From the human T2T-CHM13v2.0 reference genome, Homo sapiens, in assembly GCF_009914755.1 (NCBI RefSeq), contig NC_060925.1: a stretch of DNA of 64,000 nt. One strand, 5' to 3'. Shown piece after piece: positions 63,790 through 64,000 of this stretch. The notes beneath the pieces are model-generated. The model had not been told where the DNA came from and searched no databases. It worked only from the letters and a program-made list of their open reading frames with translations. Both the position numbers and the translations under genes were made by a program. Position 1 is the stretch's first letter. The number at the start of each line of letters is the position of its first letter.

Positions 63790-64000
63790 GAATTGCTGGG
63801 ATTACAGGCATGAGCCACTGTGCCCAGCCAGTTTTTATTCTTAAATATTCATAATTATGTGCTAAGGGATGTATGTGCCTGTTTAGCAATTCCCTTCTCA
63901 AACTTTGGGATCTCATCGTATGCTGCTACAGTCATTTATTGTTCCACAGTGATTTTCACTTGGTACTTGCTTTTTATTACAGCAACCTCTGAAAACTCAG

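Overview
This is mammalian DNA, almost certainly human (primate Alu-rich). It holds the 5' part of TUT4 (ZCCHC11, terminal uridylyltransferase 4) on the minus strand: a non-coding exon 1 in a CpG island (about 44399-44560), the large ATG exon 2 (17031-17841), exon 3 (7358-7521) and the C2H2 zinc-finger exon 4 (1063-1179). The gene continues off the left edge. The rest is intron and about 19 kb of upstream intergenic DNA, filled with Alu, L1, L2, MIR, hAT DNA transposons and solo LTRs (MLT1, THE1, MER51). Almost all other ORF-track entries are Alu or L1 translation artefacts. I see no convincing new gene system. The best leads are regulatory hypotheses about TUT4: a uORF arrangement in which one stop codon shields the main AUG, an unusually weak and minor-intron-like exon 3 donor, an AUG-containing exon 2-3 circle flanked by inverted Alus, a sense-oriented MaLR LTR upstream of in-frame AUGs in exon 3, and a diverged intronic copy of the exon 2 donor region. 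Repeat family names come from recall of consensus sequences and repeat boundaries are approximate.
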